64,000 nt of DNA from Chrysomallon squamiferum (GCA_012295275.1 CM022672.1:32426001-32490000), one strand, 5' to 3'. Positions 13,623 through 28,269 are shown, counted from the stretch's first letter. Notes: generated from the sequence alone by a model not told the origin. Program-made: numbers and translations.

Positions 13623-14853
13623 GAATAAAGAACATTTCAAATTTACTAATATGTCTGATATTTTCTAATACATAATCAGGAATTATTATAAATCTGTATA
13701 AATAGTACATCATTTAATGTGATTTTTGTAACAAATATGAGTTTCAACAAAGACTAAATAAACATTGCTAATCACAATTTGTTTCAGATCCTTGTATATA
13801 ATTACATATCTCAGGAAAATATAATAAATACATATTCTTAATGGAAAATAACTTCACTGATTCAATGTTAGGACACTGAAAGGCCTAATCATCATATACT
13901 GAACAGGTGGGAAACATATTTAAAACATCAATCAAAATTAGGTTTATCTTTTCTTAAATTTATTATTTTATGTTGAACAGAAATATTATTTTATTACATC
14001 AATTTTCTGGAACCCTTTGAAAAACTTTCCACATTATTATTTTTGTCACATTGATAATAAATTAACAAAACTCCTCTGACCAGTGTCTGATGAATCTAAA
14101 GCACACAGACATTTTTTTATTAAAACAATATTTGTAAATTAAATAATAGTTTTATTAGAGGCTGCATCAATAATTTTTCTTTATATATGTGTATATATAT
14201 ATATATATATATTAAAAGGTTAACAGTGCAGAAGTTCACATCAACTCCAAGCACCAAACAGTATCAGTGACTATAACAGTTGTTGTCTTCTCGCGGTACT
14301 GCAGTCTGGTATGTTTTCCCAATCTACACATCATTCTGTGACACATGAGATTTTAAAGTTGAGTGTGTTTCTCTTAGGCTGACATTTTCACTTCTGTTTT
14401 GACAGCATGAAGAAATTATCCTGACAGACTGAGTAAATGTTTATCTCTCTTACTGACTAGATAAAATGGTGAAATCTGTTTTGTACAGCTACTAATATAT
14501 AAGTTAATGTACCAAAACTATGTAAATAAAAATATTAAATGAAAAATAGAACACAAAATAATTTGAAATATTTATTTCAACAAGAATACAAGTTAATATC
14601 AAAAGTACTTTTTCATATAAAAAAACTTAATTTTAGAAAAATGTCATAAAAAATCCTTACATAAAAATTGAAAAGCATTATATAAAATATTTCTGAACTC
14701 TTAAATTAAAAATGTTTTAAAATGTTTCATACGGTTTTTAAGATGAGAGGCAACGGTGCTGTAAAACATAAAAAAATAAAATAAAATACCAAGATTTCTG
14801 ATCTATCCAACAAAAGTATAATAATAAAATATACAAAATGAAATAAAAAAATA

Positions 14854-15991
14854 ACCAGATATTTGTTTACAAAAAAGTTAAAAGCTCAATAAATAACTTG
14901 TAATCTGAAAATTATTGATTCAGAAAATTTATAATTTCTGATTTTATCTTCCGAACACACAAAATTATCTACTTCCATTTTTTGTTTTATTACGATACAT
15001 TTATTGGGTAAATCTTTACTAGAAGTCTTGGTGTTCTTTGTTATTTTATATTTGGTATAGATAATTCAGTAGATTTAAAAAATAAAATAAAATAAGAAAT
15101 ACGAAAAATAAAACAGAAAAATGAAATTATCTCCCATGGGCCAAACACCTTTATATAAAATGTGTATTTTATTTTCAAAGCAGTAATCAAGTATTTCTAA
15201 CATAAATCATTTTTAAAAATAAAAGTCTTTTTCACAGACCTGACTGAACTTGCTGCTGTGTCTGGTCCAAACATTATATGTATATAGGTCTGTATGTAAC
15301 TATATCTTGTATGAACAACATTGCGACTTCCAATCTGAAATCACAGATTCACAGTTTTATAAATTATTCACTAAGTGTAGTCCATGACTCACACAAGTCA
15401 TGTTTTTAAACTTTTGTTTGGTACCAGATATTTGTTTACAAAAAAGTTAAAAGCTCAATAAATAACTTGTAATCTGAAAATTATTGATTCAGAAAATTTA
15501 TAATTTCTGATTTTATCTTCCGAAACACACAAAATTATCTACTTCCATTTTTTGTATTATTACGATACATTTATTGGGTAAATCTTTACTAGAAGTCTTG
15601 GTGTTCTTTGTTATTTTATATTTGGTATAGATAATTCAGTAGATTTAAAAAATAAAATAAAATAAGAAATACGAAAAATAAAACAGAAAAATGAAATTAT
15701 CTCCCATGGGCCAAACACCTTTATATAAAATGTGTATTTTATTTTCAAAGCAGTAATCAAGTATTTCTAACATAAATCATTTTTAAAAATAAAAGTCTTT
15801 TTCACAGACCTGACTGAACTTGCTGCTGTGTCTGGTCCAAACATTATGTATATAGGTCTGTATGTAACTATATCTTGTATGAACAACATTGCGACTTCCA
15901 ATCTGAAATCACAGATTCACAGTTTTATAAATTATTCACTAAGTGTAGTCCATGACTCACACAAGTCATGTTTTTAAACTTTTGTTTGGTG
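14854..15991. repeat. Near-perfect tandem duplication, 2 x ~569 bp
   Basis: accagatatttgtttac...catgtttttaaacttttgtttggt occurs at 14854-15422 and again at 15423-15991, with only a few small differences. Confidence 0.92.
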
Positions 15992-18900
15992 TGGATGTTT
16001 CTAGAAATTCTCAGTATTCTTCAAGCATTCAGCTTCTTTTTTTCTTTTTTTTTTGTTGTTGAAATGTTTCATCTTCTGCTTGCTTTGTTCAATGTGATCA
16101 GAAAATTTGAAAAACTTGGAGGCAAACTCAAAACGCCATTTAGAATGAACAGATGATTATCATTAACACTTCTCAGTATAAAGAAACCTGAAATATTTAA
16201 AACAAAAATAAATGTGTTTTTATTAAAACTAAAATAATATTCAGAATTGTATAAACGGTATTAATATGTCCTGATTATAAAATTTGCCTCTGAATGTGGA
16301 TTATAGAATTTGACGTGTAAAATGAAGACTAGATAAAAATCAAATCTGATATTTTGTGACTTAATAGTAGAGAGCTGAGCTGAGAAGTAACAGATTGTAG
16401 TATCAATCTTGATTTGTGCAGTCTGTTACTCATGTATTAAAAAATGTACACTGAAAACTGAACATAAAAATAGCTGACTTAATTAACAGTGAAAATGTAG
16501 AGGGTTTTCCTCTCACACTGTCATTATCAAAAATAATAATTAATAACTGATTAATAACTAATTAATCATCTGAAACAGACAATTTAGAATTATTTTTCAA
16601 ATTTCATGGTTACTGAAAGGCCCAAGGGAAAAGTTCATTAAAAATTGTGAGAGAAAAGTTTACATTTATTTATCAGTTAAGCAGACAGTTCAACTAACAT
16701 GATTTGAAGAATCTGCTGTAAATAGATTTAGTAACTCTCTATACAACATCAGATTGTGTCCAAAAAATCAGACATGACATTCAAACATTTAAAACAAAAA
16801 TGTCAGTAATAGTATTACAAATGCAATGTACATACACTTTACTTACCAATCACTCAGCCTGTTAAAACAGCACTGATATAAAACATCTGATTGTCTGTGA
16901 CTGTCCTGTGATTTCTTTGCTGTAAGAATCTTCTGTAAATAGATTTTGTACTCTGTAGTGATTCTTACATAACATCCACCTTGTTTCTGAAAATAAAACA
17001 TTAATTGTACTTTTTTGTAGAATGACTATAATAATTTTATTTCTTCATTTGAACTTGGAATGATGTTTTCAACTAATATATATGTAGAGTGAAATAAAAT
17101 TGTATTTATTAAAATATTTCTTGTTGTTCCTGCAGTTTTGATTATCTGGGGATGTGTGTGTTTAACACAAGTTTGAACAAACCAAGTCAGAAGCTTTAAG
17201 TTTGAATCTAATAAATTTAAAAATAAAATATACTTTCTTTTATTTTTATATATATTTTTTTAAATTGATAACAAATAAAATCTATAATCTTCATCTTATT
17301 CTTAATTTTAAATTCAAACTTTCTAAAATACATTTTCAGTTGGCTATTTCCTCTTACAGCTATGTTATCACAGTTGCTAAATCAATGACAAGGTCTGTAT
17401 TTATATTTGCCTCTACATACATCATTATTTACAAATGAACACAAAAATTATATATAATAATAATATTAAAACATTCTCAGGTGAAATTAAGTAATTTATT
17501 ATTTTAAATTTAATGTTTATAAAACATTAAAAACAAGAGAAATGTTAGAATTACAAATGTAATGTACACACAATTTACTTACCAATCACTGAGTCTGTTA
17601 ACTAGCACTGGACGTGTGATGTAAAACATCTGATAGTAACAGTATTACAAATCTATTTTTATCATTTCAATTCAGAGTAATATTTTCAACAGTAAACAAG
17701 TACAGTTAATTTAAATTAAATAAAATTAAGTGAAATTGCATTTCAGCATCTCATCTACACCTATCATTATTTACAAATAAACAATAAAATTATATATAAT
17801 AATATTAATATCAAAACATTGAGTAATTTATTATTTTAAAGTTTATAAAATCTGGTAGTAAACTGAATTACCTGTCCATTATACCCAGCATCTGTTTACA
17901 AACATGTTGAGTACATCTGAGTGTCTGAGTCTGTACAAATTTCTCTTAACAGTCAGGACTGGAGAAGTGTGTGTTCTTCACTGAACTGTGCACTACACAC
18001 ATGGTCAAGTGGTTACTCTGTAAAGTAATAAATTACATTTATCATTGATAAACCATAACAATAAAATGAGTTAACCTAAAAAATTAACATTTATTATTGA
18101 TAACTCTAATAAATAAAATTATAGTTAACTAAAAAAAAGAAGTATTCAATTTATCATTGGTAATCTCTGGAAACAAAAACAAATTACTATTCAAATATCA
18201 CCTAAAATATTAAAATTACAGATTATTTAGTCAGAATAAATTTATTTTTCTCAGATTTTTCTGTTTTTTATTATTGTTCATAATAACCAACAAAAAGGAA
18301 TTTGAAAGCTTCATTTTTTTTCAGTTTAGTAACAAAACTTTCATTGTGTCAAACATTTTTCTTAAAAAAGATTATTTCCCATAAATAAAACAAAAAACAA
18401 CAAAAAAAAATCTTTAGGATGGATCAAAAGTAATTTATTTTATTTATCCATAATTTTACTTCTTTCTGTTTTTAAAAACAATAAATTCATTTTCTTGTTT
18501 TTTTTTTTTCATCTTCAAAACAGGATGTTTGATGTAAAATTTGTTTTATAATAATTATGGATGTTTAATGTTATACTAGCTTAATCAGATCTGTAATACC
18601 AATACAAAAAATGAATTTCAAACCTCTGGTTTGTATAAAACATTCTGCACAGCCAATATGGACACAACTGTGATAATTCCAAGTGAAATGACATGATAAA
18701 CATCTTGGACAATATGGACTCCAGTGGAAGTTCAGCTATCTGTAAATACAAAATAAATATATAACAAATATACATGATTAATAGTTGTAAAAGATTTTAC
18801 AACAAGAACAACAACAACAACAATAATAACAATAACAACTGTAATTTACTTGAAAATACCAGCATGAATTCTATTAGCTAATATATATATAATATATATA

Positions 18901-19433
18901 AATGTCTTTCACACATAATAAAATTTAAATGAATTATTAAACATACCTATCCACTTCATAACAGCAAGATTATTAAAAATGTATATATACATATATATTT
19001 TTAAATATTACTTAGCGAAATACATATATAGGCCTATATTGTATATTATACTGTAACTGTACACACTGTAATATAGGGCTTGAAATGGCCAAAGTTCAGT
19101 TTGGGCGACTTGACCTGTTTATCCATAAAGTATAAGTTATAATACAAGAGCCACTATTAATTACTTTATCTCAAATATTGATTTCACATAAAAGGTTTGC
19201 TCGTAGTTCGATAAATTGGACGTACCGGCTTACCTTAATTTGCAATATCGTTTTATAATTATTAACTCTGAAGGCCAAATACCAGTTGACTGTAGTCTTG
19301 ATAAACAAAACCGCGAGACTCGCTGACCCAGTATCGCAAAACTGGTCGTGACCATTCGGATCATTCCGGACCTTCCCGAATGCCGTCTTAGTTTCTGTCG
19401 TCTGCGAGAATAGACAGGAAACCACATCATGGT
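15990..19433 (-). other. Candidate multi-exon spliced transcript (lncRNA or decayed gene)
   Basis: GC-richer blocks with pyrimidine-tract AG and GT ends: 19433-19234 (GTAAGC), 18739-18624, 18017-17872 (GTAATT), 16986-16847 (GTAAGT), and an acceptor at 16187. No continuous ORF across them. Confidence 0.4.
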
Positions 19434-19712
19434 CTGAAACTAACATTAATTTCAACCAATTTTGTGATATAGAGATAAACACATCAATAACTTGTTAAGT
19501 ACCTAAAACCAGCCGGTTCACGTGTGAATGTTTTTACTTTAAATAGCTATGAAGTTAAATTTTATTATTTTACATATAATGAATAAATAAATAAATAAAA
19601 TAATAGGGCTGTTTCAATAGTTATTAGACTGAAAAGAAAAGTGATTTGCTTTATTTACTTTCTATTATATCTGTTTTTCCTAAATATTTGTTTTCTTTCT
19701 TTTCATTTCTTT

Positions 19713-19751
<39 letters not shown>

Positions 19752-20394
19752 TTATCATTTTATTTTATTTATTATTATTATTATTTTTTTGTCTTCGGAT
19801 TTCTAACACTGTTTAACTGTTATTCCTGGATAATTTATCTCAGTTCAGACGTATATTGTTCCTGGAGTTTATTAAATTCAAAATAAATGTTAATAAAATT
19901 TTATTTAGAAAATGAATTATAGTTTTGATCTACTGGATGAAGTATGGGGATCTTTAGATAAAGTTAATTTCATGTTACGGTATTATGTAGATAAATCATT
20001 TGCTTTTTGTTAGTTGTCAAGTATTACTTTGCTAATGTATGATTTTAAACTTTGAAATTATTTGAAATATGTTGTAACTGTAAAAGCTGCAATGGACTGA
20101 GTTCTGATATTTTCTTTCTTATGACTGACAGTATATAATGGATCTTTGAAAAATTCATTTTATATTATTGACAATCATAAAATTCACAATCATACAAATT
20201 AAATAATGTGCTATTTTATACAATCACAAACCACACTGTTTTAGGTTCATAAACAGATATTTACAAAATTATTTTATATATTTGCCAACCTTTACATTCT
20301 TTTCTTAACACTGTATCCTAATAAATAAAATATTTAGAATTACAACTAAAGTAATAGTAAACCTGGCCTTTTTTCTGGACAGCAAGTGTTTGTT

Positions 20395-21160
20395 TATCCT
20401 GTAAAGTGATAAATTACATTTATCGTTGATAAACCTTAGCAATAAAATGAGTTAAGTAAAAAAAATGAAACATTTATTATTGATAACTCTAATAAATAAA
20501 ATTATAGTTAATTAAAAAAAAAAAAAAAAAGGTACAAAATTTATCATTGGTAATCTCTGGAAGCAAAAACAAATTACTATTTAAATATCACCTAAAATAT
20601 TAAAATTACAAATTATTTAGTCAGAATAAATTTATTTTGCTCAGATTTTTCTGTATTTTATTATTGTTCATAATAACCAACAAAAAGGAAAATAAAGCTT
20701 CATTGTGTCAAACATTTTTCTTAAAAAATATTATTTCCCATAAATACTTTTTTTTTTGTTTAAATCTTCAGGATGGATCAAAAATAATTTATTTTATTTA
20801 TGGATAATTTTACTTCTTTCTGTTTTTAAAAACAATACATTCATTTTCTTGTATTTCTTTTTTTTTTTTTTATCTTCAAAACATAGGATGTTTTATGTAA
20901 AATTTGTTTAATAAATATTATGGATGTTTAATATTATACTAGCTTAATCAGATCTGTAATACCAATACAAAAAATGAATTTCAAACCTCTGGTCTGTATA
21001 AAACATACTGCACAGACACCACAGACACAACTGTGATAATTCTATGTGAAATGACATGATAAACATCTTGGACAATATGGACTCCAGTGGAAATTCAACC
21101 ATCTGTAAATACAAAATAAATATATAACATCAATATACATCATTAATAGTTGTAAAAGAT
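20395..21160. repeat. Dispersed direct copy of ~18017-18800
   Basis: The same intron-like tract and exon-like block occur in both places (MVEFPLESILSKMF.. versus IAELPLESILSKMF..). Confidence 0.85.
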
Positions 21161-21251
<91 letters not shown>

Positions 21252-21340
21252 TAATTATAAAATTATAAAAATAATAAATTTCAAAATAATATTAATACAA
21301 TCAATTATGATCTTAAGGTTCACAAACATGTATGTAACTA

Positions 21341-21455
21341 TTAGTTTATCAAAATACTTAGTGAGAACTACTAGAAACAATCTCACAACAAGTTTATCAA
21401 GATACTTAGTTTGAACTGCTAGAAACATTGACAACTACAAGTTTATCAACTTACT
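21341..21455. repeat. ~48-bp tandem repeat, ~2.3 copies
   Basis: agtttatcaa..tacttag..gaact.ctagaaaca at ~21344, 21391 and 21440. Confidence 0.7.
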
Positions 21456-21787
21456 TTTGTGTGTGTTTGTATGTATGCTTAAGAAAGAGTTGTCTGTGAT
21501 TAGATGTGTGTGTGTTTATATCTCTGTTCTCTCTCTCTCTCCATATATACACACACACACACACACACACAGAGAGATACACATGTATATACATACTAGA
21601 TCACATAGATACATACATAGATACAGAGACAGAGATGTGTATGTGTATGTGTGTGTGTTTATGAAAAACATTTAGATATGTATATGAGCGTATATATATG
21701 TTAAAGATAGTTTAAATACATATATTTGTGTGCTAGACAGACAGAATTCGTACTGATATGTGTGTGTATCTGTGTGTGTGTGTGTAT

Positions 21788-21840
<53 letters not shown>

Positions 21841-21841
<1 letters not shown>

Positions 21842-22330
21842 AGTGGACCCTGATTCATTTGGGACCAGTCATTGCTGCCGTTTTAGACAGAGTGCCAGCT
21901 TACACAAATTAAAATGACACGAAATATATTTTATTTCTAATGATATTGTTAAGCTGTATCAAATGTCATCTCAGAAACAGTCTGTCATCGACGACTGCGT
22001 TTTTTTTCTTCTATTTATTTTATTATTTTCGTGTGTTTCTTCAAAAGAAACTTTTCTCTCATGGTCTCCATGTTTAACAAGGGTTACAGAAGAGTTAATT
22101 TGTTTTATAATTTTCAGAACATCAGTGTAAGAAAGTTCTGTCTCTGGGTCTTTGTGTGTATCATCAGTCCATTCTGATTTTTGAATTTGTCGGTCGTTAC
22201 TCTTTGCCAAAATATTAGATTCGTACAACTGTTGGTAATTGTCACTATGTTGTATAATGTCAAATATTTCCTGTCTTCATATTTCAAATTGCATTGACAG
22301 GGTCTTAGTAATAACCGGCGGCAAAGTCTA
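21841..22330 (-). mobile_element. pogo/Tigger-like (Tc1-mariner) remnant
   Basis: TA|CAGTGGACCCT terminus at 21839-21851. The minus ORF ends KKTQSSMTDCF, like the Tigger C-terminal KQxxITDFF motif. Confidence 0.5.
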
Positions 22331-22350
22331 GTCGCCTTCTTTTAGTTAAT

Positions 22351-22385
<35 letters not shown>

Positions 22386-22649
22386 TTATTTGAAACAGAT
22401 CACTTGAAAGTTGAATGTATCACTACATTTTGCCTCCATTTTGTCCAACGGTCTCCTGAACACATTCTGCGATCAGTCAGCGGACTTCAGTTTTCTAGAT
22501 CGCTTTACAACGAGTTCAATAAAACAAAGCAAAATATGCGTCATACGTATTTATTTAGACATCTGCTTTTCACTCTTAATCTAAATGAGTGAATTCACTT
22601 AGGTATTATCACACTATTAATGATCTTGTTGATTTAGCTGCGTATAGGG

Positions 22650-23023
22650 CATAGGTTTTCAACCTGGGCGTCGCCAGACTTTTTTTCTATGGTCGCGAGA
22701 TCGTTCTTCAGGGAGTGTATGTGTTAGCTTTGTACAACTTGACTTGGAAGGAGGAATAAACAAAAACGTGTAGATGGGTTTGGGACCCGTCTCAGTATAG
22801 GATAGGATAGGAAAAAAATTAACGTGCTAATCAGAGCAAGCTGTTGTGAAGCACGTCTGCGACGGGCACGCTTTCTGACAAGTCTCAGTGAATATAGATT
22901 CCTTTTGTACTAACCTTTTGTGGTAACCCTCCATATTATTGAATCAAAAATTTTAAAGTGGATTTTCGGTCATATTGAGTTGCTCATAAGTCGTCGCGGT
23001 ATGAAAAAGGTTGAAAACCAGTG
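22650..23023. mobile_element. hAT (Charlie/Buster-type) MITE with intact TSD
   Basis: TIRs cataggttttcaacct / aggttgaaaaccagtg. A perfect 8-bp TSD GTATAGGG (22642-22649 and 23024-23031) has the central TA. Confidence 0.88.
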
Positions 23024-23524
23024 GTATAGGGTTACCTCCCATTAGTCATAGGCTTATTTGTCATACAGCTCATAACATCACAGGTCAAGGTTTGATGCAC
23101 ACTTAATCAGCTTCCCACCGGAGTTGTGATTACAACAGTTAGCAGTGAGACACAGCCAAGACTAGTTGATCATTCTCCACACAGGGGTGCCCAGCTTACT
23201 TCCTGCTTGACTGCTTTCCAAATTGTATGACCACTGACCATATGACTGTTGGCAGGATACCGCGTATAGTGATTACAAGAAGCTTGGCATCATTGTTTAT
23301 TAAGATTTCACAAAGTGCGATCATTTGATCTTGTGCACGCGGTAGTCTAATTACGTGCTAATTGTTGTCACTGTTTATGAAATGATTTTATGAAAAGTAC
23401 ATTATTCTGGAATTAGAGACCTTCGGATTTTTCAAAGTTTTGTTCATAATATATTAAAGTTAGCCTGGGAATTTCTCCCTATTTTCATAACTCTTTCATA
23501 AAGTATATTTTTTCTTTATTTTAC

Positions 23525-23612
<88 letters not shown>

Positions 23613-23677
23613 TGTTAAACAGAATTTCTCCCCATTTTCATAATTCTTTTATAAAGTATATTTGTTCTTTATTTTAC

Positions 23678-23766
<89 letters not shown>

Positions 23767-24512
23767 AGACTGCACACATCGAGTACAGTTATAGGATCTG
23801 CTCTGGAATCCTGTCTCACAACATCTTTATATATTACACGCTGTATGCAGAGAAGAAAAATATTACAGAAACTAAATAATAAAACTTGATTTTTATGTCT
23901 ATATAATTTTTCTGTTTACATTCTAAATACAAATTAAATACAAAAATAAACGAGGTAAGAATTCATGATACAAAAAGAAATTTATTTGCATTTTGATTAT
24001 ATACTTCTTATACATAAACAAACAGTAAATTCGAAACATAATCTATTTTACTTACATATTTAATATAAATCTGAAAAAAAGATATTCATAAATAAATCAA
24101 ATAACAGTTCTTGTATTTCATGTCCAACAGTCAATAAGTACATATATAATTTATCTACATTTTATTTTATACACATTTTAGACCGAAATAAAAAAAGTAG
24201 AAATGAAGCAAGAAATAGTTAATAATATTACGTTTTATATACAAGCAAAAAACATTAGATGTACTTAAATAATAAATTAATATATAAATAATAAAGCAAT
24301 GAGATGTTAATATACATTTTACACGTATCTGTTTGACACAAATCAGTCCATTAGAAAATTTCAAATCAAATCAAGTGTCTATGACGTCATCACTGCTGTC
24401 TGAAGTCATAAGAAAACGTAAACAAATCAATAAATAAATAAATAAACAAATAAAAATAAGAATATCAGGCCAGTGATGACTAAAAGTGACAGTGTTTGAA
24501 CGATGTTGTTTT

Positions 24513-26020
24513 TTACACTAAATATAACAAAGCAGGTATTTGTCCTTCATATACACGTGTAACAAGTTCTCTGTGACTGTGTTTAGATTCGTGTGAGTCA
24601 GAAAATCTACAAACAAAAGAGTCTACAACAATTTCTGATTCACCTTTATCTCCACATAATGAGTCTCCTCCCTTAATATTAACAAACAAGCTGTACTCAG
24701 TGTCTTTAGTAATCTTCACTGGACGTCTGAAACGGACGTCATACACGTCAGACACGACGTGTTCATATCTCTGTGTCAGCGTAGACCCGTCAACTATTTC
24801 GTCTGTTCTTGTGTCAGTAAGGAAGACGCTGACGTCGCAGTTTCGTGGTTGACTGTAACCGTACAACTGAAATCCGCGAAGTAAAGCGTTTTTGTTGACA
24901 GAGAAAGTAATGGATTCATCGTCTTCACCGGAACATGACCAGGCCTCAGGAATTGTTTCACCAAACCTGTTTATTGTTATCTGTGTTTTACGAATCACTG
25001 CAGTTCTCATGTTTGAGTTAAAAGGTGAAACATCTTCATCACTCTTCACCAAGTTTTTCAAAATCTTGAATCCTTCTGTGTCACTGAGTATGTTAGTGGG
25101 TGCCACATGTTCTACAAAATACGTCTGATCGAGTAATGGATAACGCACGTGCTTCACGGCCTCGCCAAGTTCCTCGCGCATTTTCTGGCCATTCGTCTGT
25201 CTTCCTTGCTTCTTGCACGCGCTGTGAGCCCACTTCACAGCGGCTTCAAAAACATTTTTCTCGTCTGCTGTCAGTTCGTTTGATCGTACGATCTCAACCA
25301 GACATTCGTGACAAAGATCGGTGACTTCATCTGACTTCAGAACTTCGTCGCCATTTTCCAAAATCAAGTCCAGAGTTTTTTTTCTTAAATCGTGTTCATC
25401 AAACAGGTGAGCTTGTTCCAAGACGACGCACTGATCTTCCAGTGTCGTGACGATGTACTTCCTCGATAGATACAGCAGACCGGTGACATTGTGGCCTGTT
25501 AGGACGACGTCATCCGTATAAAGATATCTGTGTTAAAGAATGTATAGTAAGACTTCAAAACGAGATATAATTTTGGGAGATTAATTAATTAGAAAATAAT
25601 TAGATTACTAACAAAAACTGTATTGTTATCAACGTTCGTGTCGGTATGTATGTTTCGTTACTCACTATGTTCGTACCTGTGTCGCTGTGTGTTTCTGTGT
25701 AAGTGTGTGTGTGTGTTCTGTGTGTGTGTGTGTCTGTGTGTGTGTGTGTGTTTGTTAACATACTTTAGAAACTCTGTAAAAATATCTGCCTGCACATCAG
25801 GCAACAGGATGCTGTTTTGTTCGCGAAGTTCTCCCATCAGCATCCTGTGGAAGACTTCGCTTCGTATCATAAGGATAAACCGATGTGCATCAACACTTTT
25901 TTCTTCTTCCCCAACAACAAATCTGACGTCGCTATCTGTTCTCGTACGAAAAACGTGTTCAATACACTCCGTTAGTTTTTTCCCTGTCTGCCAACTTGAA
26001 ACTGGAGCTGAAGTGGCCAT
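24513..26020 (-). CDS. BTB/POZ-BACK-PHR protein copy 2. Coding exons 26020-25764 and 25527-24513, 423 aa
   Basis: Same 257-nt exon 1 and phase-2 intron as copy 1, and the frame is open to GQIPALLYLV*. There is an in-frame 42-nt deletion (LEDQ|CVVLEQAH). Confidence 0.88.
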
Positions 26021-27015
26021 GTTTTCACTGGAAACATGTAATAGTAATAATAATAATAATAATATGGAATGTCGAGAGAAAAAGAGAAAGAAATTATTCT
26101 GTCACAAACTGTAACAATTCTTGGGGCTAATAGAAAATAAAGAAAATGATTAATTAATTAATGTTTCTAATACACAGCCTCACACTGCAGTGACCAGTTT
26201 TCTATATTCACATCTAGCTATGAACTGTACATAGAAATATTTCAAAAACCAAACAATTTTATGTAAAAAAATAATCAACATAAGATAAGTTCTAACAACC
26301 GACTACTTTGTGTTCAATACTGCGATCAGAAATCTAAAAAAATATGTAAAATAATAGATAATGAAAAAAATGTAGAAAAAAAATCAGATAAATATATACC
26401 AAATCGATTAAAGATAAAAAGAAGTACATTATGCTTATACTAGTGATTATTATGATGACGACAACAACAATAATTATTATTATAATTATTATTATACATA
26501 GACATGTCTGGTCACAATCAGGTAAAATATATTAAACTGTGGGACAAAATATTTTCAAATTGCTATGTACAAATGGTCATTTATACCAATATACTCCTCG
26601 AAAAGACAAACTAATTAACCGACAATAACAAAAATAAAAAGAAACTCTATATAAGAAAAAAGAATAATAAGTAAGGAAAATCAAGGAACAATATGTGATA
26701 CTTTTGAAATATTTTTTTACAGTATACTGAATATAAGTGTGCATGTCTTATATCTCTGACGAGGCTTGCATGACCAGTTTCAATGTAATCGAACACTGAC
26801 TTTTTTTGTTATGTAGGTCATATAAAAGTAGAGTGTCACTGCAACACGAGACACACAAATATATACTCGGGTGTTATTTACAGCGATCTGACAAATTCAT
26901 TTGTGTAGAAATAACCCGTGAAAATAAGAAATTATTTACATTTGTCAGCGTTGTGAGAAGATAAACAATTTCAATAAAGACGATAAAGACAACCAACACA
27001 AACTGGTAAATAGAA

Positions 27016-27063
<48 letters not shown>

Positions 27064-27354
27064 GTTATAGGAGTTAATATTATCACATTCTCTAGTGGCA
27101 CCTTCCATATATACCTGATGGTAAGAAACATTTTATAGTCGGGTCTAGCACATATTTTTCCATGTTTAAAAAGCCTCACAATATAATGCTGAATATCCAT
27201 AGCAGCGATAATGTTTATTCTTTTTTATTTTTATTTTTGTTTTGGATGTTTTCCATTGTAGATGAAAACAAATACAATAACATTTTATTCACTGTATGAA
27301 AGGGATATAGACCAACGACCTTTAGATAAGAAGGAAGGAACCAAAAGAAGAAAT

Positions 27355-27397
<43 letters not shown>

Positions 27398-28269
27398 AAT
27401 TATTTAAATTTGAGTAAAATAAAAACTATATACAATACTTTGTAGTATCAAAATAGTTACCTACCTGAGAAACGTCCTGATCGATAATTTCTTAGAAATG
27501 AGTTATTTCTGTTTAACGATCTACTATCGATCACTGAGATCAGGGATCTATAAATAAATAAATAAATAAAATGAAATGAAGTAAAAGATTGATGAATATA
27601 TAACATAAGCTATCTACGATATATTGAACAATATTTAGGTGCTATCATTACAACTGCTACTGCTGATACTACTAGAACCAGTACTACTACTACTACTACT
27701 AATACAAATTATTATAATGAAGATAGCATTATTATTATTATTTTTATTATTAATATTAAATAAGTTTATCGATGTTTCGCATAAAGCAGTGTGCTATATA
27801 AACAAAAATAATAATAAAAAAGAAAAACGCCTTTATCAAAATTCTCACACAAATTTATAGCCCTGACAAAATAGATTACAAGTTGAATATGTCTGATTTG
27901 TTTTAAGCAAAGCAATAGTACGGCATATATTAAATCCACAATAAAATATCTTCAAATTTCAAAATGGCCGACTACTTCTGTATAATGCTTCCTGTTTGTG
28001 AGTGGTTTTCCTAGAACTGATGCCTTTCTGTTTGACAAGGTCACTGAAATATTTTCTGTGTGTCGCTGTTTACTAAGTCGTCTGCTGACAAGCACGTGAG
28101 TGAAATCAGATATCGCACAAGTCACACCACGTATAGCGGTAGATACATGCAAAGCTCATATATATATATAGTTATTTTGTCTGTAAAATATTAATATTTA
28201 TTTCTCACTCAGTATATCGATGGAAAAGTTATGTTAACAAGTGTCTACTAAGTAGGTCAGATAAAAACA

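Larger units (their letters stand above)
22510..27350 (+). repeat. Segmental duplicate of ~500-6760 (BTBD gene and flanks)
   Basis: Colinear homology of the MITE, (AG)n, 3' flank, both exons, the intron and the upstream region, with indels. Confidence 0.9.
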
